Below, in pieces: positions 50,591 through 61,585 of a stretch of DNA of 64,000 nucleotides. This DNA is from an uncultured delta proteobacterium (lineage in GTDB: Bacteria > Desulfobacterota > Desulfuromonadia > Geobacterales > DSM-12255): the NCBI GenBank assembly GCA_963787125.1, contig CAWBBV010000012.1, positions 1 through 64,000 on the forward strand. The letters run 5' to 3'. How positions within the stretch are numbered: the stretch's first letter is position 1; each line of letters starts with the position of its first letter. Made by a program: the position numbers and the translations under genes. The notes below the pieces were generated by a model. It saw only the letters and a program-made list of their open reading frames with translations, was not told where the DNA came from and searched no databases.

Positions 50591-52880
50591 TAAGTTTCTT
50601 CCCTCCGGGGAGTTTCTCCTTGTATGCGGCTTGCGGATAGTCAATTCGCTGATGATGAATTCCGGCAAGAATCTGGTTAAAGCTCCAGGCAATTTCGTGA
50701 AGGTTTTTAAGGGTCAGTTCACATTCATCAAGCTGTCCATCAATGAATATGTTGTTGATTATCTTCTGTACAAGTCCTTGAATTCTGGCAGGAGAAGAGT
50801 CTACAAGGGTTCTTGAAGCAGCCTCAACAGCGTCGGCAAGCATGACCAGTCCAGCTTCTCTGGTTTGCGGCTTAGGTCCGGGATAACGGAATTCATGTTC
50901 GTCAATGCTATGACCGGCAGGAGCTTGTTCAACCGCTTTTTGATGAAAATACTTGATCAGGGCCGTGCCGTGAGACTGTCTTATGATCTCGGCAATAGGT
51001 TGGCCGAGCCGGTGCTGCTTTGCCAGTTCAGAGCCTTCTTTAACATGAGCTATCAGGATCAGTGCGCTCATACTCGGCGAAAGCTTGTCGTGGCGGTTTT
51101 CTCCACCGCTCTGATTCTCGATAAAGTATTGTGCTTTGCTTATCTTGCCAATATCGTGATAGTAGGCTGCAACCCTTGCAAGCAGGGGGTTGGCATTGAT
51201 GGCTTCAGCCGCAGCCTCGACAAGATTGCCGACAACCACACTATGGTGATAGGTGCCTGGAGCTCTCACCATTAACTCGCGGAGTATAGGGGAATTCAGA
51301 TTCGTCAGTTCAAGGAGTTTTATATCGGTTGTATACTGAAAAAGGCTTTCAAACAGGGGAATCCCCCCGGAGGCAAGCACTGCCGCAGCAAGACCGCCGG
51401 CAAAAGCGAAAATGATTATGTAGACCGACTGGATCGAAAACAGATTTTGCGTAAAGAGCTGCAAAGAGATAGCCATGGCAACATTTACGAAACTTACTTT
51501 GAGCCCGGCACTGAAGACAATACTTCTGTTATCGCAGTGGCGGACGCCGTGAGCACCGATGATGGATCCGAGAAGTGAGTAAATTACAACGGGCAGGCTG
51601 CCATACATCATGCCGGCAAGAGGTGCACAGATGGCCGAAAAAACCAATGCTACTTCAGAGTTGATAAAAATCCTGACCATTATTGCTGTGGCTGCGAAGG
51701 GAAACAGGAAAAAATAATCGGCTGTATCGATAGAAGGGAAGGCAAGCAAAAGAGGTGCTGTAATTGAAAAAAGTATCCTCAGAAGAATAAAATGACCTGA
51801 TGAAAGCAGTGCCAAAAGGAGAATATCTTTATAGGAAGGTCTGAATTTTCTTATGTTTTTCAGGGCGAATCTGTAGGGGAAGTAGAGAAGAACCAGTACA
51901 ATACCAAGTACACCGGCTGCGGAACTGATCCTGCCGCCAAGTGATGTTTCCGCTGCCATGCCGTTAAGCTTCATTATCTGCTCGGCAGATACTCTGTCAC
52001 CATCACGCACAATCATTTCCCCGCGCTTGATCTGCAAAAGTACCGGCTTTACTGACTGGCTGGCCGCTGTTTTGGCATCATCGGTTTTCTCCTTGCTGTA
52101 AAGGAGGCTGGGTTTTAACATTCTGGCAACAATGCTTTTAATTGTAGCTTTCAGTTCAGAGGAACCGGTTGCGTTCAATCTGATATTCAAGGTAATTTTT
52201 CTTGCCTCTTCGATATTGAGCGGTTCGTCGCGCAAAAAACTTTCTGGAAGCTTCTCGCCGTTTCCGGTTGTTACAACTATGCCGCTTAACTGGTCAGAGA
52301 GAAAAAGGCGAAGGTCGGAAACAACTTTGTGACTGTATATTCTGTCGAGCTGCTTCTCAAGTTCCGTAAAAGTCTCGGCTTCAACCCTGTGTCGCAGCAG
52401 CGTATCAAGCTCTTCTGCCGTGACTTCCACTCCAAGCGCCTCGGTTACGGCGGCTCTGACTTGAGCGTACTCAGGTTTCGCTTTAACATTTTGTAGCGGT
52501 GGCAGCCCGGCCAGACATTTCTTGAGTCTGCTCATGCTGTTAGCGACACTCTTGTCATCATAACTGTAGATATTCGGTACTTTCAAGGCGGCTTCAGCCC
52601 GTTTCTCCTCAGTCAGCTTAAGGTCTTCGATAAGATAATCCCTTGAAGCCTTGATATCGGAGACGGCAATCTGGCCGGTTTTGTAGCTCGTAGATGGGGC
52701 ATGATTGTGAGGTGAAATTAAAAGAGTAAGAAGGGAAGTAGTAATGAGAAGCAGTACGAATCGGTCGCGTTTTTCAGACTTTTCAGATGAAAATCTGCGG
52801 GAAATGGTGTCCTGTAGATGGCGCCAGAGAAGGGGTAAAGAGCCGATAGAAAAATCTTTTTCGCCGCCTGATAAAGGCAT
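50487..52880 (-). CDS. 7TM-HD (HDIG) membrane phosphohydrolase, PgpH-like
   Basis: Extracellular domain, multi-TM region, APGTYHHS, YYHDIGK, MLADAVEAA. Confidence 0.9.
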   Translation of the reverse strand: MPLSGGEKDFSIGSLPLLWRHLQDTISRRFSSEKSEKRDRFVLLLITTSLLTLLISPHNHAPSTSYKTGQIAVSDIKASRDYLIEDLKLTEEKRAEAALKVPNIYSYDDKSVANSMSRLKKCLAGLPPLQNVKAKPEYAQVRAAVTEALGVEVTAEELDTLLRHRVEAETFTELEKQLDRIYSHKVVSDLRLFLSDQLSGIVVTTGNGEKLPESFLRDEPLNIEEARKITLNIRLNATGSSELKATIKSIVARMLKPSLLYSKEKTDDAKTAASQSVKPVLLQIKRGEMIVRDGDRVSAEQIMKLNGMAAETSLGGRISSAAGVLGIVLVLLYFPYRFALKNIRKFRPSYKDILLLALLSSGHFILLRILFSITAPLLLAFPSIDTADYFFLFPFAATAIMVRIFINSEVALVFSAICAPLAGMMYGSLPVVIYSLLGSIIGAHGVRHCDNRSIVFSAGLKVSFVNVAMAISLQLFTQNLFSIQSVYIIIFAFAGGLAAAVLASGGIPLFESLFQYTTDIKLLELTNLNSPILRELMVRAPGTYHHSVVVGNLVEAAAEAINANPLLARVAAYYHDIGKISKAQYFIENQSGGENRHDKLSPSMSALILIAHVKEGSELAKQHRLGQPIAEIIRQSHGTALIKYFHQKAVEQAPAGHSIDEHEFRYPGPKPQTREAGLVMLADAVEAASRTLVDSSPARIQGLVQKIINNIFIDGQLDECELTLKNLHEIAWSFNQILAGIHHQRIDYPQAAYKEKLPGGKKLNEHCDHEPPKTPESCDPEGKSGSCEDLKRLGMYF

Positions 52881-53080
52881 TAAGAGTCTTTGTTCTTAAG
52901 GGTGGAGTAGTGAAATCGAACTTTATATATAGCTCCATGGCAGGTATAATGTCAATATATGCTTCTAATAATATCCATGGATGCCTTGATTTAGTCGACC
53001 ATATATGTTATTTATTTTCTTTTTAAAATTTATTTGCAGTATCTGCAGGTCATATAAACATTATGAAGGAGAGGATCAGG

Positions 53081-54394
53081 ATGCAGGTTAATGTCGAGCA
53101 GTTGAGTGGTGTAAGGAAGAAGATCAATTTTGTGATTCCGGTTGAACGTGTACAGGCTGAAACTGAAAAAGCATTTGCAGAAATTCGCAAACGTGCGGTA
53201 ATCCCGGGTTTTAGAAAAGGTAAGGCTCCCCATGATCTGATCCGAAAGAGTTACCAGGATCAAGTTGAAGGCGACGTCATGAAGAATCTTTTTAATGACA
53301 CCTATTTCAAATACATCCAGGAGAATAATCTGGCTCCAATCGGTTATCCTCTGTTGGACACCGACCCGATTACAGCCGGGGAACCCTTCAAATACTCCGC
53401 TACCATAGAGGTCTACCCTGAATTCACTGTAGAAAACTATGAAGGGTTTGAGTTGGTTAAAGAGAAATTCAACTTCGATGAAAAGGCAGTAGATAGCCGT
53501 ATTGAGCAGATGCGTGATAATATGTCACAGCTAAACCCGGTAACTGAAGTACGTCCTGCTGCAAATGGCGACCACGTTATTATTGATTTTGAAGGTTTTG
53601 TTGATGGCGAGCGTCTCGCCGGTGGTGACGCTAAGGACCATCAACTGGAGCTTGGCAGCAACTCTTTTATCCCCGGTTTCGAGGAGCAGGTAGTTGGAAT
53701 GACTGTGGGAGAAGAGAAGCGGATCAAGCTGTCATTCCCTGAGGAGTACCATAGCGCTGAGCTATCCGGCAAGGCGGTTGAGTTTGCTGTTTCTCTGAAA
53801 GAGATCAAAGTCAAAGAGGTTCCGGAACTTGATGATGCTTTTGCTCAGGAGGTCGGAGAGTTTGAAACTCTTGCCGAACTCAAGGTGAAAGTTGCTGAGA
53901 CGTATGAAAAGCAGGAGAGGGAAAGGATCGAGCGGGAATTCAGGGACGCACTGATGCAAGCGCTCATTCAAAAAAATGATTTCGAACTGCCTGAATCAAT
54001 GGTTGACCGGCAACTCACCTCGATGCTTGAGAACACCAAGCAGCGTCTGCAGTACCAGCGGATGACACTTGAAATGATGGGTCTTGATGAGCAGAGTTAC
54101 AAAGCACAGTTCAGACCGGTTGCCGCTAATCAGGTAAAAGGCGCTCTTCTGCTCCACGAGCTTGGGACCAAGGTCGATATTCAGATCACTGAGGCTGATA
54201 TTGAGGCTCGCCTCCAGAAAATAGCAGCTGAAAGTGGTCAGGACTATGACCGGATCTGTAAGTACTACCAGACTGCTGAGGCTAAACAGAACCTGGAAGA
54301 GCAGGTCAGGGAAGAGAAGGTTCTGGAACTGATTGCTTCAAAGGCTGTGATTACCGAGATTGATAAAAATGAACTGGCAGCAGGCAGTCTTTAG
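53081..54394 (+). CDS. tig: Trigger factor
   Basis: IPGFRKGKAP signature; FKBP domain FIPGFEEQ. Confidence 0.97.
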   Translation: MQVNVEQLSGVRKKINFVIPVERVQAETEKAFAEIRKRAVIPGFRKGKAPHDLIRKSYQDQVEGDVMKNLFNDTYFKYIQENNLAPIGYPLLDTDPITAGEPFKYSATIEVYPEFTVENYEGFELVKEKFNFDEKAVDSRIEQMRDNMSQLNPVTEVRPAANGDHVIIDFEGFVDGERLAGGDAKDHQLELGSNSFIPGFEEQVVGMTVGEEKRIKLSFPEEYHSAELSGKAVEFAVSLKEIKVKEVPELDDAFAQEVGEFETLAELKVKVAETYEKQERERIEREFRDALMQALIQKNDFELPESMVDRQLTSMLENTKQRLQYQRMTLEMMGLDEQSYKAQFRPVAANQVKGALLLHELGTKVDIQITEADIEARLQKIAAESGQDYDRICKYYQTAEAKQNLEEQVREEKVLELIASKAVITEIDKNELAAGSL

Positions 54395-54502
54395 TAAGCC
54401 GGAAAGATACTTTCTCCGCACTTCAGCCAGGAAGTTTCTTTCTAAACGCACTTGTCCTGTTCAACAGGATTAATCTGCAAAAAGTATTATACGTGAGGGT
54501 AT

Positions 54503-55102
54503 ATGTTGATTCCAATGGTTGTTGAGCAGAGCGGACGCGGTGAGAGATCTTATGATATCTACTCCAGACTTTTGAAGGAGAGAATAATTTTTCTTGGTGG
54601 ACAGATAGATGATCCCCTCTCAAACCTTATTATTGCCCAATTGCTTTTCCTTGAATCTGAGGATCCCGACAAAGATATACATCTCTATATCAACTCCCCT
54701 GGCGGTGTTGTGACTTCCGGCATGGCGATATACGACACGATGCAGTATATCCGCCCGAATGTCTCAACCATCTGTGTCGGCCAGGCAGCATCAATGGCGG
54801 CAATTCTTCTGTCAGGAGGGGAGAAGGGCAAGCGCTATTCATTAACTCACTCGCGCATTATGATCCATCAGCCGCTTGGCGGTTTCGAGGGTCAGGCAAC
54901 TGACATCAGTATTCATGCCCAGGAAATATTGAGGATGAAGAAGAAGCTCAATGAAATTCTTGCTCTTCACTCCGGGCAACCATTTGCGAAAGTGGAAGCC
55001 GATACTGACAGGGACTATTTCATGTCAGGTGAAGATGCCCGTGCCTACGGTCTGGTTGATTCTATCCTCACCCGTAATCCTTCAATTGGAGGTGCAGCTT
55101 GA
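54503..55102 (+). CDS. clpP: ATP-dependent Clp protease proteolytic subunit
   Basis: [29 protein letters not shown]. Confidence 0.98.
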   Translation: MLIPMVVEQSGRGERSYDIYSRLLKERIIFLGGQIDDPLSNLIIAQLLFLESEDPDKDIHLYINSPGGVVTSGMAIYDTMQYIRPNVSTICVGQAASMAAILLSGGEKGKRYSLTHSRIMIHQPLGGFEGQATDISIHAQEILRMKKKLNEILALHSGQPFAKVEADTDRDYFMSGEDARAYGLVDSILTRNPSIGGAA

Positions 55103-56352
55103 GTAAACGTGACGACAGAACAGATGCGCTTGTCTGTTCATTTTGCGGTAAAGGCCAGGAAGAGGTAAAGAAACTTATCGCCGGACCGACTGTCTACATC
55201 TGCGATGAGTGCATCGAACTTTGCAATGACATCATCTCTGAAGAAAAAAGACTGGAGGAGACCGAAGGCCCCGATATTAATCGGCTGCCTAAGCCGCAGG
55301 AGATCAGTTCTTTTCTTGATGAGTATGTTATCGGTCAATCCCGGGCAAAAAAGACTCTTGCGGTGGCTGTTTATAATCACTACAAGAGGATCGAGTATAT
55401 GGGAAAGCCTTCTGATGTTGAAATGCAGAAGAGTAATATCCTGTTGCTTGGCCCGACCGGGTCAGGCAAGACACTTCTGGCCCAGACTCTTGCACGGATA
55501 TTGAAAGTACCTTTTGCCGTGGCTGATGCAACCAATCTGACAGAAGCAGGTTATGTGGGAGAGGATGTTGAAAACATCATCCTCAGTCTCCTTCAGGCAG
55601 CGGATTACGATGTGGAAAAAGCCCAAAAGGGGATTATCTACATCGATGAAATCGACAAAATAGCCAGAAAAACCGATTCTCCTTCCATCACCCGCGATGT
55701 CTCAGGTGAAGGTGTTCAGCAGGCTCTGCTGAAAATTATCGAGGGAACAGTTGCGAGTGTCCCTCCCAAAGGCGGTCGTAAGCATCCTCAACAGGAATTC
55801 CTCAAGGTTGACACGACTAATATCCTTTTTATCTGCAGTGGCGCATTTGCCGGACTTGACGATGTTATCCAGCAGCGGATAGGGGTAAAGACTCTTGGCT
55901 TCGGCGCCGATATCAAGAAGAAAATTGAGAAGCGCGCTGGAGAGCTTCTTGGAGATATTACCCCGGAGGATCTTCTCAAATACGGCTTTATTCCTGAATT
56001 TATCGGTAGACTTCCTGTTCTTGCCACCCTGGCGGAACTTGATGAGGATGCCATGGTGCAGATTCTGAAGGAACCGAAGAACTCCCTGGTAAAGCAGTAT
56101 CAGAAGCTGTTTGAAATGGAGCATGTAAAACTGAAATTCACTGACGGCTCACTCTCGGCCATTGCAAAAGAGGCTCTCAAAAGAAATACCGGTGCCAGAG
56201 GGCTGCGCTCAATCCTTGAGAATGCAATGCTGGATATAATGTATGATATACCTTCCCAGTCCATGGTTAAAGAGGTTGTTATCAGTGAAGACGTTATCCT
56301 TCGCAAGGAAAAGCCGATAGTAGTATATGAAGGAATGGCTGAAACAGCTTAA
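55099..56352 (+). CDS. clpX: Clp protease ATP-binding subunit ClpX
   Basis: CSFC...CDEC zinc finger, [17 protein letters not shown] loop. Confidence 0.98.
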   Translation: MSKRDDRTDALVCSFCGKGQEEVKKLIAGPTVYICDECIELCNDIISEEKRLEETEGPDINRLPKPQEISSFLDEYVIGQSRAKKTLAVAVYNHYKRIEYMGKPSDVEMQKSNILLLGPTGSGKTLLAQTLARILKVPFAVADATNLTEAGYVGEDVENIILSLLQAADYDVEKAQKGIIYIDEIDKIARKTDSPSITRDVSGEGVQQALLKIIEGTVASVPPKGGRKHPQQEFLKVDTTNILFICSGAFAGLDDVIQQRIGVKTLGFGADIKKKIEKRAGELLGDITPEDLLKYGFIPEFIGRLPVLATLAELDEDAMVQILKEPKNSLVKQYQKLFEMEHVKLKFTDGSLSAIAKEALKRNTGARGLRSILENAMLDIMYDIPSQSMVKEVVISEDVILRKEKPIVVYEGMAETA

Positions 56353-56383
56353 ATCCGAATTGACATTGTGAGAACTGAATATT

Positions 56384-58792
56384 ATGGAAGATTATCAGCT
56401 GTCAAATGAGAGGGAACTCAAAAGGTTTCCTCTTTTGCCGCTCAGGGATATAGTTGTCTATCCTGGCATGGTAGTACCTCTGTTTATCGGGAGGAGTAAT
56501 TCCGCAGCAGCTCTTGAAGCAGCTATGAGTGCAGACAAGCTCATATTCCTTGCTGCCCAGAGGAACTCGAAGACTGAAGAGCCTCTCCCGGAAGATATTT
56601 ACTCAATCGGCACTCTCTGCCAGATTGTTCAACTTCTGCGCCTGCCAAACGGTAATGTGAAGGTGCTGGTTGAGGGTAAGTCCCGCGGAGAAATACACGG
56701 CTTCGAGTACAATAACGAGTATTACACCGTCGATGTGGCCATCCACACTGAGGAGTTTGCCGAACCTTCTGCGGAGACAACGGCTCTCATGGCTGAGGCG
56801 TATTCCCAATTTACGACCTACCACGCAGAAACCAAGAACAACCTTGCCCAGGAAACAGTTACCAGTATTGCCAGAATTTCAAATCCTGATATTTTGGTCG
56901 ATACAATAGCCGCCCAAATTAATCCAAAGATTGAAGATAAGCAGGCTATCCTCTCGACTTTTAACCTGAAAGAGCGACTTGAAACTATTATCTCCATCAT
57001 AATTTGTGAAACCGAAATCCATCAACTTGACCAGAAGATCAAAGAAAAGGTCAAAAAGAAGATGGAAAAGAATCATAAAGAGTATTACCTGAATGAGCAG
57101 TTGAAGATAATCCATAAAGAGCTGGGCAAAAAAGATGACCATGCCGAGGAGTATAACGAGCTTGAAGCGAGAATTGCTGCCAAGAAATTGTCTCCAGAGG
57201 CGAATAGCAAGGCTCTGACCGAGCTGAAAAAGCTGAAACTCATGTCACCACTGTCCGCTGAGGCGGCAGTTATCAGGAACTATCTTGATACAATCCTTGA
57301 TCTGCCCTGGAGTACGGTAAGCAGGACCACCAGAGATATCAATTTCGCAGCAAAAGTTATGGATGAAGACCATTTCGGTTTGGAGAAAGTCAAGACCAGG
57401 GTGCTTGAACATCTGGCGGTGCAGGCACTGGTCAAGCGGATTAAAGGGCCGATTATCTGTCTCGTCGGTCCGCCCGGGGTTGGTAAGACCTCACTTGCAA
57501 GGTCTATAGCCAGAGCTACTTCCAGAAAATTTGTCAAGATGTCCCTGGGGGGTGTCCGGGATGAGGCCGAGATCCGCGGCCACAGACGTACCTATATAGG
57601 TGCTATGCCGGGAAAGGTGTTGATGAACATCAAGAAGGCCGGGGTAAGCAACCCCCTTTTTCTCCTTGATGAGATAGACAAACTTTCTTCTGATTTTCGC
57701 GGTGATCCGGCGTCTGCCCTGTTGGAAGTTCTGGACCCTGAACAGAATTCAAAGTTCTGTGATCACTTTTTAGATGTGGATTATGATCTTTCAAGAGTCA
57801 TGTTTATTGCAACCGCAAACTCTATCCATTCCATCCCCAGGCCGCTTTTTGACCGGATGGAAGTGATCCGTCTTGAAGGGTATACTGATAAGGAAAAACT
57901 TGGGATTGCTAAAAAATATCTGATACCCAAGCAGCTTAAAGAGACCGGTCTGTCTGAGAAAATGCTCCAGATTACCGATAAATCTGTCGGCCTGATTATT
58001 AATTCGTATACTCGTGAGCCTGGTGTCAGAGGCCTTGAACGAGAAATATCTTCTATCTGCCGGAAAATTGCCCATAGTAAAGTCAAAGGTGAAAGGTGGA
58101 GTCACAATATTGATCCTGATGACGTCGTAAAACTCCTTGGTCCGGAAAAATACCGCAGAGAGAGTGTGCGTCAGAAAGTTCTTCCTGGAGTCGTCAACGG
58201 TCTTGCCTGGACTGAGTCTGGTGGAGATATTCTCCAGATTGAAGTTGCAGTTGTGCCGGGTAAGGGGAAGTTGACAATAACCGGGAAGCTTGGCGAGGTC
58301 ATGAATGAATCTGCACAAGCGGCAATGACCTATGTAAGGTCCAGATACGCCGTCCTGCAACTTGATAAGGATTTCTATCAGAGCGTCGATATTCACATTC
58401 ATGTGCCTGAAGGAGCTATCCCTAAGGATGGCCCTTCAGCTGGCATCACAATGGCGACAGCGCTCGTCTCAGCACTGATTTCACGCGACGTTGATACTGC
58501 CCTGGCAATGACCGGGGAAATATCACTCCAGGGGAGCGTGCTACCTATAGGCGGTCTCAAGGAAAAGCTCATGGCAGCAATCCGCTCAGGAGTTAAAACT
58601 GTCCTGATACCGGAAAAGAACAGCAACGATATTTCTGAAATTGGCCAGGAGATTCTGGATAAACTGGAAATAGTCCCCGTAGCACATATGGATAATGTTC
58701 TTTTCAGAGCGCTTGCCCTTGATACTCTGTCTATGGCACAGGGAATTCACCATCAGGTCGGCGATGATTCTGCCGGAATTATAACTCATTGA
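56384..58792 (+). CDS. lon: Lon protease
   Basis: GPPGVGKTS, GHRRTYIG, PKDGPSAG, GGLKEK. Confidence 0.97.
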   Translation: MEDYQLSNERELKRFPLLPLRDIVVYPGMVVPLFIGRSNSAAALEAAMSADKLIFLAAQRNSKTEEPLPEDIYSIGTLCQIVQLLRLPNGNVKVLVEGKSRGEIHGFEYNNEYYTVDVAIHTEEFAEPSAETTALMAEAYSQFTTYHAETKNNLAQETVTSIARISNPDILVDTIAAQINPKIEDKQAILSTFNLKERLETIISIIICETEIHQLDQKIKEKVKKKMEKNHKEYYLNEQLKIIHKELGKKDDHAEEYNELEARIAAKKLSPEANSKALTELKKLKLMSPLSAEAAVIRNYLDTILDLPWSTVSRTTRDINFAAKVMDEDHFGLEKVKTRVLEHLAVQALVKRIKGPIICLVGPPGVGKTSLARSIARATSRKFVKMSLGGVRDEAEIRGHRRTYIGAMPGKVLMNIKKAGVSNPLFLLDEIDKLSSDFRGDPASALLEVLDPEQNSKFCDHFLDVDYDLSRVMFIATANSIHSIPRPLFDRMEVIRLEGYTDKEKLGIAKKYLIPKQLKETGLSEKMLQITDKSVGLIINSYTREPGVRGLEREISSICRKIAHSKVKGERWSHNIDPDDVVKLLGPEKYRRESVRQKVLPGVVNGLAWTESGGDILQIEVAVVPGKGKLTITGKLGEVMNESAQAAMTYVRSRYAVLQLDKDFYQSVDIHIHVPEGAIPKDGPSAGITMATALVSALISRDVDTALAMTGEISLQGSVLPIGGLKEKLMAAIRSGVKTVLIPEKNSNDISEIGQEILDKLEIVPVAHMDNVLFRALALDTLSMAQGIHHQVGDDSAGIITH

Positions 58793-58801
58793 TAAAATTG
58801 C

Positions 58802-58831
58802 TTGACATAAGTTTACTAGTTTTGGTATAAG
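58802..58831 (+). promoter_or_regulatory. Sigma70 promoter for the tRNA pair
   Basis: TTGACA-N18-TATAAG with extended -10 TG. Confidence 0.65.
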
Positions 58832-58861
58832 GTTATTTCCTTTTGACGCACCAATCATTTT

Positions 58862-58938
58862 GGGGTAGTAGCTCAGTCGGTTAGAGTGCTGGCCTGTCAC
58901 GCCAGAGGTCGCGGGTTCGAGCCCCGTCTGCCCCGCCA
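58862..58938 (+). tRNA. tRNA-Asp (GTC)
   Basis: Cloverleaf; anticodon arm CTGGC-CTGTCAC-GCCAG; TTCGA loop; encoded CCA. Confidence 0.97.
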
Positions 58939-58952
58939 TTTTGATAGTAGAA

Positions 58953-59028
58953 GGGTGAATAGCTCAGCTGGGAGAGCGCCAGCCTTACAAGCTGGATGTC
59001 GCAGGTTCGATCCCTGCTTCACCCACCA
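58953..59028 (+). tRNA. tRNA-Val (TAC)
   Basis: Cloverleaf; anticodon arm CCAGC-CTTACAA-GCTGG; TTCGA loop; encoded CCA. Confidence 0.97.
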
Positions 59029-59225
59029 AAGATAACAAGGGGTTATGGCTTAAATGCTGTAACCCCTTTTTGTTTGTCCACGAATGTGTAACCTCTGGTG
59101 TAACCTCTTGCCTCCTTGCTACCCCTCCCGAATTATTTTCTAATACATCCTGCCTCAAATTTATTCCTCTTGTTCATTAGGGGCCTAACCTGTAGAGATT
59201 GACGACCTGACAGGGGGAGTGCTCA

Positions 59226-59930
59226 ATGGTAAGCGTACTTGCAAGATTCTGGAACGAGATAGCCGCGACGCAGCAGCTGCGGACGGCGTGGGCAAAAAGA
59301 ATGTTCGTCCTGGACCAAGACCAAATCAATGAAGAGATAGACGTGGAATATTACCACCTGAAGGCTGCAGGGATACCCGAGCAGGTAGCGTCTGATTACC
59401 TCAAAGTTAAGGCTCTACTCTTGGAGAACATAGCAATAAGTCACTGGATCATGGACACCGGCAGGGATGATTTAAGAATGGCGTTGCCGGATATCTGCTC
59501 TGTAGAAGAAGCCGTCATGGTTGCCGGGATGAATAGGAATAACACTGAGACCGATATACAGCGGAAACAGCTTGCCGACTTGCTCAAGGCTTCGCTGCCA
59601 GGGCGCAGGACCATAGATTTTATTTCATGCGTATCAAGGAAAGATTTTGATTCAGCTTTAAAGACGATCAAGACGGGCAACAAAGGAAAGAAGCCGTTTG
59701 ACCTCGACATGACGTTCAAGAAGACTTCATTACGGTTAGAGTCGAATGCTGCATCCATGGAGATACCATTAACGGCTATTGTCGGCAGTCCAAGAATCAC
59801 CTTGGCGTTTGACGGTCAAACCATGCTCGACCTTGCCGGGACATTCACGGGGAGTAATTTACACTTCAGTCTGACAGATGGAAAATTCAAGATGGAGCGG
59901 CTTGCATTGCCGTGGAGGGTGACAAGATGA
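59226..59930 (+). CDS. Hypothetical protein; C-terminal third resembles one sliding-clamp (beta) domain
   Basis: GGGGGAG RBS; 234 aa; SRKDFDSAL...LRLES...ITLAFDG..MLDL pattern. Confidence 0.6.
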   Translation: MVSVLARFWNEIAATQQLRTAWAKRMFVLDQDQINEEIDVEYYHLKAAGIPEQVASDYLKVKALLLENIAISHWIMDTGRDDLRMALPDICSVEEAVMVAGMNRNNTETDIQRKQLADLLKASLPGRRTIDFISCVSRKDFDSALKTIKTGNKGKKPFDLDMTFKKTSLRLESNAASMEIPLTAIVGSPRITLAFDGQTMLDLAGTFTGSNLHFSLTDGKFKMERLALPWRVTR

Positions 59931-60124
59931 CCGACTTAGAGCTGCGGGAGAAGATACGGCAGCAGATCCACGAGAGTTTGCTGCACTCTAAACCACCAGC
60001 CGATAACCCTTACAACGATCCAACAACAGGGTGGCACTGGATAGCCAGGGCGAAGGCGCGCGAAGGTCGGCCTGGGTTCGACTTGATGAAGTGGAGGCCA
60101 ACAGAGAAGGAGGAAACAGAATGA
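59927..60124 (+). CDS. Small hypothetical protein
   Basis: GGAGG RBS; ATGA overlaps with both neighbours. Confidence 0.55.
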   Translation: MTDLELREKIRQQIHESLLHSKPPADNPYNDPTTGWHWIARAKAREGRPGFDLMKWRPTEKEETE

Positions 60125-60306
60125 GGGTTATCTGTTCACACTGCCAGGGTATAGTTGAGGTTGATGATGCAGCCGTCAAGCGGTATATTGGCCGGATCAA
60201 TGGCCAGATCAAGAGTGAAGCGAAAACGGCAGCATTAACAGAGAACGCGAAGAAGAAGCGGCCCGGATCGCTGGGCAATCAGAGAGCCAAGAAGAAAACG
60301 GAATAA
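60121..60306 (+). CDS. Small basic protein with CxxC and a KSEAKTAA..ENAKK motif
   Basis: AGGAGG RBS; ATGA overlap with the upstream gene. Confidence 0.6.
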   Translation: MRVICSHCQGIVEVDDAAVKRYIGRINGQIKSEAKTAALTENAKKKRPGSLGNQRAKKKTE

Positions 60307-60449
60307 TTACATTTCAACTGTCAAATAATCAATGGTGATTCCAAAACAATAATCAATAGTGAGTAACTATCTGTAATCATTGATTTTTCTTGTTTTACTG
60401 GAAATATGTTGCTACTCTCTGAACATCAAATAAAAGGGAGGGCAAACAC

Positions 60450-60836
60450 ATGACAGTAGCAGAACTGGAAACAATCTTGGCAGGTTGCGCAGGGAATGAA
60501 GAGGTAAGGATTGACGGCTTTGATATTCTGAAAGTGTCAACAGTACCAGCTGAGGAAGGGCTTGCTGGTTACATAGACATTACGGCTGCTCCTACTTGCA
60601 GTCAGACAGTTGCTGCGGACCCTGGCCAGAAAGAACCATTTGATGAGCAGATGAGAAAACTAAAAATAGACGTCTTCGCCATGTTTCCAAATAATGAATG
60701 GGTTCCATTACTTACGTGCCTGTCGTTAGCGGATAAGGTTCAAGATTATTTTATGAATAAATACCCTGGAGATTTCCCAGTACCTGCCGGCACTCCTGGA
60801 CGGTTAGAAACCTTATTCGCTCCAGTAATGCCCTAA
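60450..60836 (+). CDS. Hypothetical protein
   Basis: GGGAGG RBS; 128-aa ORF followed by a hairpin. Confidence 0.6.
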   Translation: MTVAELETILAGCAGNEEVRIDGFDILKVSTVPAEEGLAGYIDITAAPTCSQTVAADPGQKEPFDEQMRKLKIDVFAMFPNNEWVPLLTCLSLADKVQDYFMNKYPGDFPVPAGTPGRLETLFAPVMP

Positions 60837-60849
60837 TAACGGTAATGAG

Positions 60850-60886
60850 AAAGAGGCGGTTCCGGTTATCGGTTCCGCCTCTCTTT
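60850..60886. terminator. Hairpin between convergent ORFs
   Basis: AGAGGCGG...CCGCCTCT followed by CTTT. Confidence 0.5.
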
Positions 60887-60933
60887 GCTTCTACACTGGG
60901 CAGTCTGGCAGTCTTCAGGCGTGACAAACGGCG

Positions 60934-61209
60934 TCAAGCATTGCCTGGTGTGTACCTGTTGACATGTAGGGTTATCTCGGCAGGCTTCCGGCTTCCCGCT
61001 TCCATCCGTGATAACTGCGCCCGCTGCAATTCGGCAACCTTCAAGGCGGTGGCGGTATCTTCGGCGTTTGTGATGAGCAGCCAGTTAACCACCTCCTCGA
61101 CTTGATCTAGTACGGTCAGAACGTCCACCTTGTTCATTCGCTTGCAGGATCGTAGCCGGTTGATGTTGCCAAGTGCATCTATCAGTTGTTCATCTTGATT
61201 CTCTTTCAT
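60934..61209 (-). CDS. Hypothetical protein
   Basis: GAGGGAG RBS on the minus strand; 91-aa helical-looking ORF. Confidence 0.5.
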   Translation of the reverse strand: MKENQDEQLIDALGNINRLRSCKRMNKVDVLTVLDQVEEVVNWLLITNAEDTATALKVAELQRAQLSRMEAGSRKPAEITLHVNRYTPGNA

Positions 61210-61585
61210 CTTGATTTCTCCCTCTTGCCAGATCCGGTGCCAGGTAACAATTATTTTCAGACCCCCCCCTATACCCCCTTTTCCGGAAATGCGAACGTGC
61301 TTTCTGTCCTATCCTCTTGGCAATACGCAATTTTTTAAAAAAGTGTCAAGCACCCTCATTGATACCGTGAAAGATCAACAGGACAGGCTTCCGCGTTGAC
61401 GTTCAGGTTGAGATTGCGGGTAGCGGGGTAGCTATCAAACAGCTTAAAACCCTCAATCGTGGACCGCAGAGAAATATTTTGTGAGCGGCACCGTGAACAT
61501 GTATGAAATGTGGCACTTTAAAAATGCTGTAGTAATAGGCCGCCGACCGTGAGTTTTCTCGCAGTCGGCGGTTTGATTTTGTGGT

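Noticed and set aside
61344..61380. TGTCAAGC as the IS21 end
   Set aside because: The TG at 61480 is followed by the internal repeats typical of IS21 ends; 61344 is not.
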